This document shows, in pieces, positions 30,105-39,377 of a stretch of DNA of 64,000 nt (the first letter of the stretch is position 1; the number at the start of each line of letters is the position of its first letter). The position numbers were made by a program, and so were the translations under genes. The notes beneath the pieces are model-generated. The model saw nothing but the letters and a program-made list of their open reading frames with translations. It searched no databases and was not told the origin of the DNA. This stretch comes from an uncultured Alphaproteobacteria bacterium (GTDB lineage Bacteria; Pseudomonadota; Alphaproteobacteria; Sphingomonadales; Sphingomonadaceae): NCBI GenBank assembly GCA_963781025.1, contig CAWADU010000001.1, forward strand, positions 5,558 to 69,557, read 5' to 3'.

Positions 30105-30199
30105 TTGCGAAGAAGGCCAGCTGGTCGCAGAAGGGTCTTGCCTTTCAGGCATCCTCTCCTAATAACTAAAGGCCGGCCCTCGGGTCGGCCTCTTTTTTT
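30105..30199 (+). ncRNA. candidate small RNA ending at an orphan intrinsic terminator (5' end not determinable)
   Basis: A strong terminator with no protein gene to terminate. A C/U-rich CCTCTCCT stretch (30153-30160) sits just 5' of the hairpin. The only ORF here is 36 codons without an SD and with atypical codon usage. Confidence 0.3.
30171..30199 (+). terminator. rho-independent terminator
   Basis: GGCCGGCC-ctcg-GGTCGGCC (8-bp stem with one G.U and a tetraloop), followed by TCTTTTTTT. Confidence 0.75.
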
Positions 30200-30266
30200 G
30201 CCCACCGGGCATCGCATCTGCCGATTCGATCATTATGTTGTCGAAACGCGATGAGCGAGGTGGGCG

Positions 30267-32555
30267 ATGGCCGAAGCCGAAGAACGCAAGCTGCAGGTGG
30301 CCAACGCACGCCCGGAGGATGCGGGGCGCGGGCTTGCCCGGCTTCCGCACATCGCTATGAACGCGCTCGGCCTCAGCGAAGGCGATGTCGTGGAGATCGC
30401 CGGTCGCCGTTCGACGCCCGCGCGGGCGGTTCTTTCCTATGCCGAGGACGAGGGGCTGGACATCATCCGGCTCGACGGGCTGCAACGCGCCAATGCGGGC
30501 GTGGGGTCCGGCGATTTCGTGGAAATCCGCAAGGCCGAAACCAAGCCGGCCTCGCGAGTCGTTTTCGCCCCCGCGCAGAAAAACCTGCGGCTTCAGGGGT
30601 CCAGTGAGGCATTGCGGCGCACATTCGGCATGCGTCCGCTGGTCGCCGGGGATATTGTTTCGACGTCGGGCCAGCAGCGCGTGGACCGCACGGATCTGCC
30701 CCCTCAGCTTCGGCAGATGCTGAACGTGCCCGCCTATGCATTGCAGGAAATACGGCTGGTGGTGGTTTCGACCGTGCCGAAGGGCATTGTCCAGATCACG
30801 CCGGAAACCGAGATCGATCTGCGCAGCGAATATGAAGAGCCGAGGGAGGTTCGGCGCGCCGACGTCACTTATGACGACCTTGGCGGATTGGGCCCGACCA
30901 TCGACCAGATTCGCGAAATGGTGGAACTGCCGCTGCGTTATCCTGAACTGTTCCAGCGGCTGGGCGTCGATCCGCCCAAGGGCGTGTTGCTGCACGGCCC
31001 TCCCGGCACGGGCAAGACGCTGCTGGCGCGCGCGGTCGCGAATGAATCCGAGGCTCAGTTCTACCACATCGCCGGGCCGGAGATCATGGGCTCCGCCTAT
31101 GGCGAGAGCGAACGCCGCCTTCGGGAGATATTCGAGGAAGCGACGACCAACGTGCCATCGATCCTGTTCATCGACGAGATCGATTTGATCGCGCCCAAAC
31201 GCGGTCAGGTTTCGGGAGAAGCGGAACGGCGGCTGGTCGCCCAGTTGCTGACCTTGATGGATGGGTTGGAGCCGCGCCAGAACCTGATCGTCATTGCCGC
31301 CACGAACCGGCCCGAAGCCATCGACGAGGCGTTGCGCCGCCCCGGCCGCTTCGACCGGGAAATCATCATCGGCGTGCCGGATCAGGCCGGACGCCGGGAG
31401 ATTCTGGGCATTCATACCCGTGCCATGCCGCTCGCCGAAGATGTTGACCTGGATGAGATCGCCCGCGTCACCTACGGCTTTGTGGGTGCCGATCTTGCGT
31501 CGATCACGCGCGAAGCGGGGATCGAGGCGGTGCGGCGGATCATGCCCCAGCTCAATCTGGAGGCGGGCACCGTATCGCCGGAGGTGCTGGAGAGCCTGTC
31601 CGTCCGCCGGGAGGATTTTCTTGCCGCCCACAAGCGGGTTCAGCCCTCGGCGATGCGCGAAATCATGATCCAGATGCCGGATGTGCGCTGGGACGATATC
31701 GGCGGCGTCGACGAGGCGCGCGACCGGCTGCGCGAAGGCGTCGAACTGCCGCTGAAGGATTCGGATGCGTTCCGCCGTTTGGGGATACGTCCGGCCAAGG
31801 GTTTCCTGCTGTTTGGGCCGCCGGGCACAGGCAAGACGCTGCTTGCCAAGGCGGTCGCGCGCGAATCGGAAGCGAACTTCATCTCCGTCAAATCGTCCGA
31901 CCTGCTATCGAAATGGTATGGCGAGAGCGAGCAGCAGATCGCACGTCTGTTCGCGCGCGCGCGGCAGGTGGCGCCGACCGTCATCTTCATCGACGAGATC
32001 GACAGCCTGGTGCCCGCGCGGGGCAAGGGCTTTGGCGAGCCGCAGGTGACGGAACGCGTCGTCAACACCATCCTTTCCGAAATGGACGGGTTGGAGGAGT
32101 TGCAGTCCGTCGTCGTCATCGGCGCGACCAACCGGCCCAATCTGGTCGATCCGGCGTTGCTCCGCCCCGGCCGTTTCGATGAGATCGTCTATGTTCCGGT
32201 GCCTGACGAGAAAGGCCGTCGCCAAATTCTGGGCATTCACACCGAAACCATGCCGCTGGCCCTGGATGTCGATCTCGATGATCTTGCCCACCGGACGCCC
32301 CGCTTCACCGGCGCCGACCTTGAAGACCTCGTCCGTCGCGCCGGCTTGACGGCCTTGCGCCGGGACCTCAGCGTCAAAATGATTGATGCGGCGCATTTCG
32401 AAGAGGCGCTGAAGGACACCCGCGCCAGCGTGACGCCGGAGATGGAGGAGGAATATCAGGCGATGGCTTCGACGCTGAAGCAGGACGCCTTGCGGGTTCC
32501 TATCGGGTTCATCGGTCCGGGAATGCTGAAGCCGCGCAACGAACCGCGCGTCTGA
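30267..32555 (+). CDS. CDC48/p97/VAT-like AAA+ ATPase (N-domain + D1 + D2)
   Basis: 762 aa. CDC48-N-like double-psi barrel ([36 protein letters not shown]...[23 protein letters not shown]). Two Walker A motifs (both [11 protein letters not shown]), two Walker B motifs ([16 protein letters not shown]), and SRH motifs [19 protein letters not shown] and [19 protein letters not shown]. Confidence 0.9.
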   Translation: MAEAEERKLQVANARPEDAGRGLARLPHIAMNALGLSEGDVVEIAGRRSTPARAVLSYAEDEGLDIIRLDGLQRANAGVGSGDFVEIRKAETKPASRVVFAPAQKNLRLQGSSEALRRTFGMRPLVAGDIVSTSGQQRVDRTDLPPQLRQMLNVPAYALQEIRLVVVSTVPKGIVQITPETEIDLRSEYEEPREVRRADVTYDDLGGLGPTIDQIREMVELPLRYPELFQRLGVDPPKGVLLHGPPGTGKTLLARAVANESEAQFYHIAGPEIMGSAYGESERRLREIFEEATTNVPSILFIDEIDLIAPKRGQVSGEAERRLVAQLLTLMDGLEPRQNLIVIAATNRPEAIDEALRRPGRFDREIIIGVPDQAGRREILGIHTRAMPLAEDVDLDEIARVTYGFVGADLASITREAGIEAVRRIMPQLNLEAGTVSPEVLESLSVRREDFLAAHKRVQPSAMREIMIQMPDVRWDDIGGVDEARDRLREGVELPLKDSDAFRRLGIRPAKGFLLFGPPGTGKTLLAKAVARESEANFISVKSSDLLSKWYGESEQQIARLFARARQVAPTVIFIDEIDSLVPARGKGFGEPQVTERVVNTILSEMDGLEELQSVVVIGATNRPNLVDPALLRPGRFDEIVYVPVPDEKGRRQILGIHTETMPLALDVDLDDLAHRTPRFTGADLEDLVRRAGLTALRRDLSVKMIDAAHFEEALKDTRASVTPEMEEEYQAMASTLKQDALRVPIGFIGPGMLKPRNEPRV

Positions 32556-32785
32556 GCCGTTCTGATGGCGAATGCCAGGTCGACTCGAGGCTTGTAGACA
32601 CGTCGAAGGGGCGACATGGTCCAGCAGAATGGCCGATGAGGTCGACCAGCGCGGCGTTGGTCGCGCAAACTTTCGATATGACCCGGAGAAATCACGGATT
32701 ATGCATAGAGGTGCTTGCGTTCGATCCGGTCTTGCGCCAACGCCTTTGAAAGCGCCAAACGTGCGATGTGGACAGGGGAGCGATT

Positions 32786-33424
32786 ATGTCGGCATATGAA
32801 GCGAGCCGGACGGGACGTCGGGTTATCAGACGGTCGCGCCGCCCAGGGCCGCTCACGATGTTTGCTCGCGGGTTCCTGAAAAACCCGGTGATGGTCGGAT
32901 CCGTCATTCCCTCGTCCCGTTTCCTGATTGAGAAAATGCTGGCGCCCGTCGACTGGAGCCGGGCCGACGTCTTCGTCGAATACGGCCCAGGGGTGGGCAC
33001 CATTACCCGGCCGATTCTGGACCGGCTGAAGCCCGATGCCAAGCTGATCGCCATCGATACGAATCCGGATTTCTGCGAATATCTTCGGCATGAATTCAAT
33101 GATCCGCGCCTGATCGTGGCAAACCGCTCGGCCACCGACCTGGGTTTGATTCTCAACGAATATGGATGCGACGGCGCCGACTATGTCATCTCGGGCCTGC
33201 CGTTCTCGACGCTGCCGCCGGGCGTCGGTCCGGCCATCGTCAAGGCGACCCGAACCTCGCTGAAACCGGGCGGCATCTTTCTGGTCTATCAGTTTTCGCC
33301 GAAGGTGGCCGATTTCCTGCGGCTTGAGTTCAACCTTATCGACCGGGGTTTCGAGCCGCTGAACGTGCCCCCGGCGCAGCTATTTTTCGCCTACGCCGAT
33401 GATCGGGAATCAGTCGTCGCCTAG
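32786..33424 (+). CDS. class I SAM-dependent methyltransferase, phospholipid N-methyltransferase (PmtA/COG3963)-like
   Basis: ATG preceded by GGGGAG inside ORF 32768..33424. FLKNPVMVGSVIPSSRFL...VFVEYGPGVGTITRPIL...ISGLPFS. Confidence 0.8.
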   Translation: MSAYEASRTGRRVIRRSRRPGPLTMFARGFLKNPVMVGSVIPSSRFLIEKMLAPVDWSRADVFVEYGPGVGTITRPILDRLKPDAKLIAIDTNPDFCEYLRHEFNDPRLIVANRSATDLGLILNEYGCDGADYVISGLPFSTLPPGVGPAIVKATRTSLKPGGIFLVYQFSPKVADFLRLEFNLIDRGFEPLNVPPAQLFFAYADDRESVVA

Positions 33425-34567
33425 GTTCAGGCGGCGCGCGACATTGAAGTCCAGCACCGCCACGATGAAATAGGCGAAGGTCCATTTGAGCTTCCGCCAC
33501 CAGTTCGACATCCGGCGATAACGCGCCCGATCGATCTTTTCGCTGCTGGCGACGTCTTCCCCGATGCGGCGGCGGATTTCGGCGGCAAGGGCCGCATCCC
33601 GGACGCGCAACATCACTTCCATGTTGAGGTAGAGGCTGCGGACGTCGAAATTGGCCGAACCGATATAGATGACGTCATCCATCACGATCAGCTTCGCATG
33701 CAGTCGCTGTCTGCTGTATTCATAAATGATAACGCCGCGCCTGAGCAGGCGTCGATAACAGTGGCGCGCGGCATCGATCGTGAGGGTATTATCTGATTTC
33801 GCGGCCGTAAGAATGACCGCCTTGCCCCGGTCGGCTACCCCTCCCAGCCGCCGCAGAAAGCCGGGGTTGGGGGCGAAATAAGCCATGGACATCAGCAGGT
33901 CACGCGCGCTCTGAAGGTCGGCCTTCAACGCCCGTACCAGCCCGTTTGGCCGCAGTGTCGGGCCGCCGATAAGCCACCGGACCGCGCCGTGGCTCTGGCT
34001 GGATTGCTGAATCAGGCGCCTGATGCCGTGGAGGGTGGATTTCCGGGCGGCCGACCATTGATAAAGCTTGTCGAAATAGCTGGAAAGATGGGCGATCGAT
34101 GGGCCCTCCACCTCGACTCCATAGTCATGCCAGCTCTCGGGATTGTCGGGCGTGAAGTATTTGTCTTCCAGGTTGAACCCGCCGATGATCGCTTTCTCGG
34201 CGTCGGCGATCGCCATTTTCTGGTGGTTTCTCAGCAGGTATCTGCGGCCAAGACGGGGGTGAAACCGGCACAGCCGGACACCGGCGGCCTCAAGCGGCGC
34301 GAAGAACGAACGTGGGGTTGCCTCGCTGCCGAAATCGTCGATGATCAGCCAGGTTTCCACACCCCTGCGCCGCGCCCGCTGAAGCGCATCGCGGACGCGC
34401 CGCCCAACCAGATCGCCTGCGAAGATGTAATAAAGAAGTTGAAGTTCTCTCTGGGCGCCGTCGATCAGCGCGCATAATCGATCGAGCGCTTCCGGCCCGG
34501 TGGTCACAAAGCTCAGCCGATGGCCTTCGACGACATGGTCGCCGGATACCGTTTCCGTGGCGATCAT
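33410..34567 (-). CDS. phospholipase D / cardiolipin synthase-like protein (two HKD motifs, C-terminal TM)
   Basis: 385 aa. HKD motifs NHQKMAIAD and LHAKLIVMDD...GSANFD, with a C-terminal hydrophobic segment WTFAYFIVAVL. The 3' end overlaps the methyltransferase gene by 15 nt. Confidence 0.85.
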   Translation of the reverse strand: MIATETVSGDHVVEGHRLSFVTTGPEALDRLCALIDGAQRELQLLYYIFAGDLVGRRVRDALQRARRRGVETWLIIDDFGSEATPRSFFAPLEAAGVRLCRFHPRLGRRYLLRNHQKMAIADAEKAIIGGFNLEDKYFTPDNPESWHDYGVEVEGPSIAHLSSYFDKLYQWSAARKSTLHGIRRLIQQSSQSHGAVRWLIGGPTLRPNGLVRALKADLQSARDLLMSMAYFAPNPGFLRRLGGVADRGKAVILTAAKSDNTLTIDAARHCYRRLLRRGVIIYEYSRQRLHAKLIVMDDVIYIGSANFDVRSLYLNMEVMLRVRDAALAAEIRRRIGEDVASSEKIDRARYRRMSNWWRKLKWTFAYFIVAVLDFNVARRLNLGDD

Positions 34568-34731
34568 GACGCCAAGGTGCGCTTTTCAGTCATTTTCATC
34601 CTGTTTATCGAACCTTCAAAGAAGTTTAATGGATATGCATAACCTTGTGCAGCAGGATTTCCTGTTCCTATAAGAGAAACGCAGAGCCGCGTGCATGGGG
34701 TGCGGCGGCATTTGGGGGAAGGAACAAGCCA

Positions 34732-35310
34732 ATGGCAAAGCTCATGGGCAATCTCAATCTGGTTCTAGGGCTGGGCGTCGTCCTGCTTCTCGCGGTTATC
34801 TTCGGTCTCCATCGCGATGCGTTGGACAGCAGCTACGCGAACTGGTTCTTCCGTTACCTTCACGTGTTCTTTGGTATTCTCTGGATCGGCCTGCTTTACT
34901 ATTTCAATTTCGTGCAGATTCCGACGATGCCGAAAGTGCCTGCGGAACTGAAGCCGGGCGTCAGCAAATACATTGCGCCAGAGGCGTTGTTCTGGTTCCG
35001 CTATGCGGCGCTGTTCACGGTCATCACCGGCCTTATCATTGCGTTGCTCAACAATTTCCTGATCGAGGCGCTTACCCTGCAGCCGGGCTTCAAGGTGATC
35101 GGCATCGGCATCTGGCTGGCGCTCATCATGGCCTTCAACGTCTGGTTCATTATCTGGCCAAATCAGAAGCGCGCGCTTGGGCTGGTCGAGGCTGAAACCG
35201 ATGTGAAGGCCAAATCGGCGACCACCGGGATGATCTTCAGCCGTATCAATACCCTGCTGTCGATCCCGATGCTCTATTGCATGGTCACGCAATTCTATCT
35301 GCCGCGGTAA
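34732..35310 (+). CDS. integral membrane protein, similar to the membrane domain of PuuD-type urate hydroxylases
   Basis: Internal ATG after GGGGGAAGG in ORF 34645..35310. 4-5 TM segments. FFRYLHVFFGILWIGLLYYFNFVQIP... The family call is from memory. Confidence 0.65.
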   Translation: MAKLMGNLNLVLGLGVVLLLAVIFGLHRDALDSSYANWFFRYLHVFFGILWIGLLYYFNFVQIPTMPKVPAELKPGVSKYIAPEALFWFRYAALFTVITGLIIALLNNFLIEALTLQPGFKVIGIGIWLALIMAFNVWFIIWPNQKRALGLVEAETDVKAKSATTGMIFSRINTLLSIPMLYCMVTQFYLPR

Positions 35311-35312
35311 GA

Positions 35313-35990
35313 ATGGAGGACGGCCCGCCATCGCCCGGGCATCTTCTGGGTGAGCTCAGATTTCTGGCCGAATGGCGGGCCGGACGAAATCAATACCGGA
35401 AAATCGAAGGCCGGGATCAGGCGCGCGGCAAAACCGTGCTCGTGATACCCGGCTTTCTGGCGTCTGACTGGATGACGGGGCCGCTGCGCCGCGCGCTGAC
35501 GGCCGCGGGCTATGATGCCCATGGCTGGGCGCTAGGCCGGAATTTGGGGCTGAGGCCTGGGGTCATTGAAGGGCTGACGGCGCGGGTCGCCGAACTCGCG
35601 CGCCTTGGCGGTGGTCCGATCATTCTCGTCGGCTGGAGCCTGGGTGGCCTCTACGCCCGGGAAATAGCCAAGATGATGCCCGAAGACGTGGGGCGGGTCG
35701 TCACCCTTGGCAGCCCGTTCTCGGGCGACATACGCGCCAACCGGGTGTGGCGGCTGTATGAGCGGGTGGCCGGGCACAGTGTTGACCGCCCGCCGCTTTC
35801 CGTCAGGCTTTCCGAAAAGCCGTCGCAGCCAACCTATGCGCTCTGGAGCCGCCGCGATGGCATCGTCTCTCCTGCCGCCTCGCGCGGTTTGACTGGCGAG
35901 GCCGATATGGTCGTCGAGGTTGATTGCAGCCATCTTGGCTTTATCGCCTCGCCCGCCGCGATTGACGCCGTGCTCAGCGTGCTGGCTTGA
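35313..35990 (+). CDS. alpha/beta hydrolase
   Basis: ATG 3 nt after the upstream stop. VLVIPGFLASDWMTGPL... and the nucleophile elbow VGWSLGG. Confidence 0.75.
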   Translation: MEDGPPSPGHLLGELRFLAEWRAGRNQYRKIEGRDQARGKTVLVIPGFLASDWMTGPLRRALTAAGYDAHGWALGRNLGLRPGVIEGLTARVAELARLGGGPIILVGWSLGGLYAREIAKMMPEDVGRVVTLGSPFSGDIRANRVWRLYERVAGHSVDRPPLSVRLSEKPSQPTYALWSRRDGIVSPAASRGLTGEADMVVEVDCSHLGFIASPAAIDAVLSVLA

Positions 35991-37389
35991 CGGTCAGCCC
36001 TTCGACCAGTGACTGGGCGAACTCCGAAAGCGTGTCGTCGCGCGCGCCCATAACGATGATGCGGTCGCCGGGCCGCGCGCGTTCGACCAGCTTTTCCCCG
36101 CATGCCGCGCGATCGGCGATGTGGATCGCCGTCCCCCCCAGGCGGTTCACGCCTGCGACGATGTCCTCGCTGCCCACGTCCCGGCTGACGGTCCCGCCGA
36201 AATAGGCTGGGTCGGGCATGATCAACAGATCGTCGCGCCGAAGGTTTCGGGCGAAGCTTTCGATCAGCTCGTTCTTCATCGTCTTGAGCGGTCCGAAACC
36301 ATGCGGCTGGAACATCACCAGCAGTCGGCCCGGGAAGGCGTGGAGCGCGGCAAGCGTGGCGCCGATCTTGTCGGGATTGTGCCCGAAGTCGTCGATCACC
36401 GTGACGCCGCCCGCCGTGCCGACAAGCTCGAACCGGCGGCGCAGACCCTTGAACCCCTCAAGAGCTTCGACCGCTTCGACAAGCCCGACACCGCAGGCGC
36501 GAACGGCGCACAAGGCGGCCAGTGCGTTTGAGGCATTGTGCCGCCCCGGCACGTTCAGCCGCACGGCCAGGGTAGCTCGGGTTGCGCGGTCGGTTACGTC
36601 AAAGCTGATCGCCAGCGGCGCTTCCACGATGTTGCTTCCGAACATGTCCGCGGCCTCGTTGGCAAAGCCATAGGTCGATCTGTTTTCGGCCGGCACGCGC
36701 TCCGCCAGCGTGGCGGTCTCCGCGTCATCCAGATTAAGGACCGCGCGTTTCGCACGACTGATGAAATCGAGGAACAGCGCGCGCAACTCGTCCATGGATT
36801 TATGGTCGAGGCTGATGTTGTTCAGCACGGCGACCCTGGGGTGGTAGAGCGCGATCGATCCGTCGCTCTCGTCCACCTCGCTCACGAAGATGTCGCTGCC
36901 GCCAACGAGCGCACTGGCAAAAGGTGCGTCGGGCGTAATGAAGTTCTTCATCACCGCGCCGTTCATCACGGTCGGATCGCGTCCGGCCCGGAGCAGTATC
37001 CAGCCGATCATGCCGGTCGTGGTCGACTTGCCGCTGGTGCCGCCGACAGCGATGCTTTGCGGCGCCGCGTTGACGAGTTGGGCCAAAAGCTGCGGACGGG
37101 TAATCTGTTTTGCGCCCACGCGTCGCGCCGCCTGGACGTCAGGGATCATCTCCTCGACGGCGGCGGACGTCACCAGTATCTGGTCAGGCCCGCTAATGCC
37201 GCTGCCGTCCTGCGGGAAGAGCGCGATCCCCTGTGCGCGCAGGAAATCGAATTTCGCCGGCGTCCGCCCCTGGTCCAGCGCCCGGTCCGAACCCGATACC
37301 GAATGCCCACGCGCCCGAAGGATGGAGGCAAGCGGCAACATGCCGCTGCCGCCGATGCCGCAAAAGAAATAGGGGTTGTTCTGATTCAT
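35974..37389 (-). CDS. Mur ligase family protein (MurC/Mpl-like)
   Basis: 471 aa. FFCGIGGSGMLPLASIL..., P-loop GGTSGKSTTTGM, then ...DESDGS...DDFGHNP. Divergent from an LD-carboxypeptidase gene, which suggests a peptidoglycan-recycling role. Confidence 0.85.
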   Translation of the reverse strand: MNQNNPYFFCGIGGSGMLPLASILRARGHSVSGSDRALDQGRTPAKFDFLRAQGIALFPQDGSGISGPDQILVTSAAVEEMIPDVQAARRVGAKQITRPQLLAQLVNAAPQSIAVGGTSGKSTTTGMIGWILLRAGRDPTVMNGAVMKNFITPDAPFASALVGGSDIFVSEVDESDGSIALYHPRVAVLNNISLDHKSMDELRALFLDFISRAKRAVLNLDDAETATLAERVPAENRSTYGFANEAADMFGSNIVEAPLAISFDVTDRATRATLAVRLNVPGRHNASNALAALCAVRACGVGLVEAVEALEGFKGLRRRFELVGTAGGVTVIDDFGHNPDKIGATLAALHAFPGRLLVMFQPHGFGPLKTMKNELIESFARNLRRDDLLIMPDPAYFGGTVSRDVGSEDIVAGVNRLGGTAIHIADRAACGEKLVERARPGDRIIVMGARDDTLSEFAQSLVEGLTVKPAR

Positions 37390-37401
37390 GCGGCAGACCT
37401 A

Positions 37402-37509
37402 GAGCATTTCCCGGAAAAGTGGGAACCGGTTTTCCGATAAGGGAATGCGGCAATACGGAGCATTTCCCGGAAAAGTGGGAACCGGTTTTCCGATAAGGGA
37501 ATGCGGCAA
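37402..37509. repeat. perfect 52-bp tandem direct repeat (56-bp period) with nested inverted repeats
   Basis: gagcatttcccggaaaagtgggaaccggttttccgataagggaatgcggcaa occurs at 37402-37453 and again at 37458-37509. A third partial atgcggca lies at 37388-37395. Inside each unit, CGGAAAA pairs with TTTTCCG. Confidence 0.95.
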
Positions 37510-37557
37510 ACCGGACTATGCATGAACAGTGTTTCAGGTCGGAACAGGGCGTAACGG

Positions 37558-38397
37558 ATGAACGGAGCGAACATCAGGATCGGCGTCGTCGCGACGGGGT
37601 CGCCCATCGCGCCCGAGACGGCGGATCGGGTGCAGGCCATTGCCGCCGCGCTGTATCCCGCAGCGCCGCCCGTGATCGATTTTCATCCGCAATGTTTCCT
37701 GAGCCACGGCCATTTCGCGGGAAATGACGCCACCCGCGCCGACGCTTTTGTCGAGGTTGCGAACGACCCCGGCTATGACGCGCTGTGGATAGCGCGCGGC
37801 GGCTATGGCGCCTGCCGGATTGCGGGGGCGGTCCTTCCCCGGCTGACCAATGCCGCGCTCGACAAGGCCTATCTGGGCTACAGCGACGCGGGCACGCTGT
37901 TGGCAGGGCTTTATGCGCAAGGCTTCGCGCGGGTGGCGCATGGACCGATGCCGAATGATGTGCTGCGCGACGGCGGGGACGCAGCGATCGCGCGGGCGCT
38001 GGCATGGCTCGTGAACGCAGCACCCGATGCGCTGGAAGCCCATGTCGCGCCGGGGACACCGACAGCGGCGTTCAACATCACCATCCTCAGCCAGTTGCTC
38101 GGCACGCCGCTGCAACCCGATCTTGCCGGCCATGTGTTGATGCTGGAGGAAGTGTCCGAACATCTCTACCGCATCGACCGGTCACTGTTCCACATCACCA
38201 GCAATCCCGCCATCCGCCGCGTCGCCGGCATCAGGCTGGGGAGATGCAGCGACATTCCGCCCAATGACCCCGCGTTCGGCCTGACCGAGGAGGAGATCGT
38301 CGCCGAATGGTGCGCGCGGGCGGGGATAGCCTATCTTGGGCGGGCCGATATCGGTCATGACGCCGAAAACAAGGTGGTGCCGTTCGGTCAGGGATAA
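37558..38397 (+). CDS. LD-carboxypeptidase (peptidase S66, LdcA-like)
   Basis: 279 aa. IRIGVVATGSPI...GHFAGNDATRADAFVEVANDPGYDALWIARGGYG. Confidence 0.85.
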   Translation: MNGANIRIGVVATGSPIAPETADRVQAIAAALYPAAPPVIDFHPQCFLSHGHFAGNDATRADAFVEVANDPGYDALWIARGGYGACRIAGAVLPRLTNAALDKAYLGYSDAGTLLAGLYAQGFARVAHGPMPNDVLRDGGDAAIARALAWLVNAAPDALEAHVAPGTPTAAFNITILSQLLGTPLQPDLAGHVLMLEEVSEHLYRIDRSLFHITSNPAIRRVAGIRLGRCSDIPPNDPAFGLTEEEIVAEWCARAGIAYLGRADIGHDAENKVVPFGQG

Positions 38398-39281
38398 TGC
38401 GGCTCTGGCCGTTCGCGGAGCTGCTCGTAATGGACAAGCGCGGGTTCCGGCCCGAACTGCACCGGTTTCCCCCCACGGAATGCCCATTCCCCCCGGTCGC
38501 ATGACGCGGCCCGGACATAGCCGTTGATGTAGAGACGGCGTTCGTGGCTCTCGCGGTTGGTGCTTGATCCGTGGACCAGATAGGGGCTCCACAAGGCGAG
38601 GTCGCCCGGTTCCAGTTCCACATCGATCGCATCTGCCGGATTCAGGCCCACCGCCTGCAATGCATCGTCCGCCATCATCGTCGCCAGCACCGGCCCCGGG
38701 ATGTTCATATGCAGGTCGCCCCGCACATGGCTTTTCGGGATGAACCGCATGCAGCCGGACGACGGCGTGTGCGGATCGACGGCAAGACCGGTCTGCACAT
38801 AATTGTCGCCCAGCCCTCGATAGGCGGCGGCGGGGCGGCGGAAGCGGCAATCCTGGTGCCAGGCGAAATCGCAACGGCCGCCGTTCGACTTCCAGTGCAA
38901 CTGGTTGATGATCTGCTTCAGGTCGCGCCCGATCAGCGACGCGACCGCGTCCGCCATCCGCCTGTCCAGCCGCACGGCGTTCAGAACCGGCTGGTGATAG
39001 GACGGCCATTGCACCATCCGTACTTGCGGATGGCCGGTGCCGTCCGCGCCTACATTGTAGAACAGGTTTCCATGGCGGAAGCAGCGGCCATGCCGGACAC
39101 CCTCTGCCCGGACCTGATCGATCGCCCTGCCGATTTCGGCGATCTCCGCTGGTGAAAACAGTCCACGGACGATGGCGTAGCCTTCTCGGCGGTAATGCGC
39201 ATCGAGGCTGTCCGCCTCCCCGCCGCCATCCGGAAACAACTGATCAACACGCATGCCGCGACTTTCCGATCCCGCCAGCAA
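38388..39281 (-). CDS. phytanoyl-CoA dioxygenase (PhyH) family protein
   Basis: 297 aa. YRREGYAIVRGLFSPAEI...WHQDCRF...GCMRFIPKSH. The start may be the ATG at 39254. Confidence 0.85.
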   Translation of the reverse strand: MLAGSESRGMRVDQLFPDGGGEADSLDAHYRREGYAIVRGLFSPAEIAEIGRAIDQVRAEGVRHGRCFRHGNLFYNVGADGTGHPQVRMVQWPSYHQPVLNAVRLDRRMADAVASLIGRDLKQIINQLHWKSNGGRCDFAWHQDCRFRRPAAAYRGLGDNYVQTGLAVDPHTPSSGCMRFIPKSHVRGDLHMNIPGPVLATMMADDALQAVGLNPADAIDVELEPGDLALWSPYLVHGSSTNRESHERRLYINGYVRAASCDRGEWAFRGGKPVQFGPEPALVHYEQLRERPEPHYP

Positions 39282-39377
39282 TAATACAGGATTTGCCGGA
39301 TGGGCGTGAGTATCATCAGGCGTAGCCGCGGGCTTTTTGGGCTAGCCCCAAAAAAGGGGGCGGCGGCGCGGTCGCGG

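Noticed and set aside
30052-30162. The Cys-rich 36-codon ORF as a leader peptide for Cys-responsive transcription attenuation of the CDC48-like gene.
   Set aside because: There is no Shine-Dalgarno and the codon usage is non-genomic. The stop codon abuts the terminator hairpin, leaving no room for an alternative antiterminator structure. The downstream gene has no link to cysteine metabolism. The idea is kept only as a minor alternative within the sRNA finding.
37402-37509. The 52-bp tandem repeat as a mini CRISPR array.
   Set aside because: There are only two full copies, the spacer is 4 bp, no cas genes are in the window, and the units are internally palindromic in a REP-like way.
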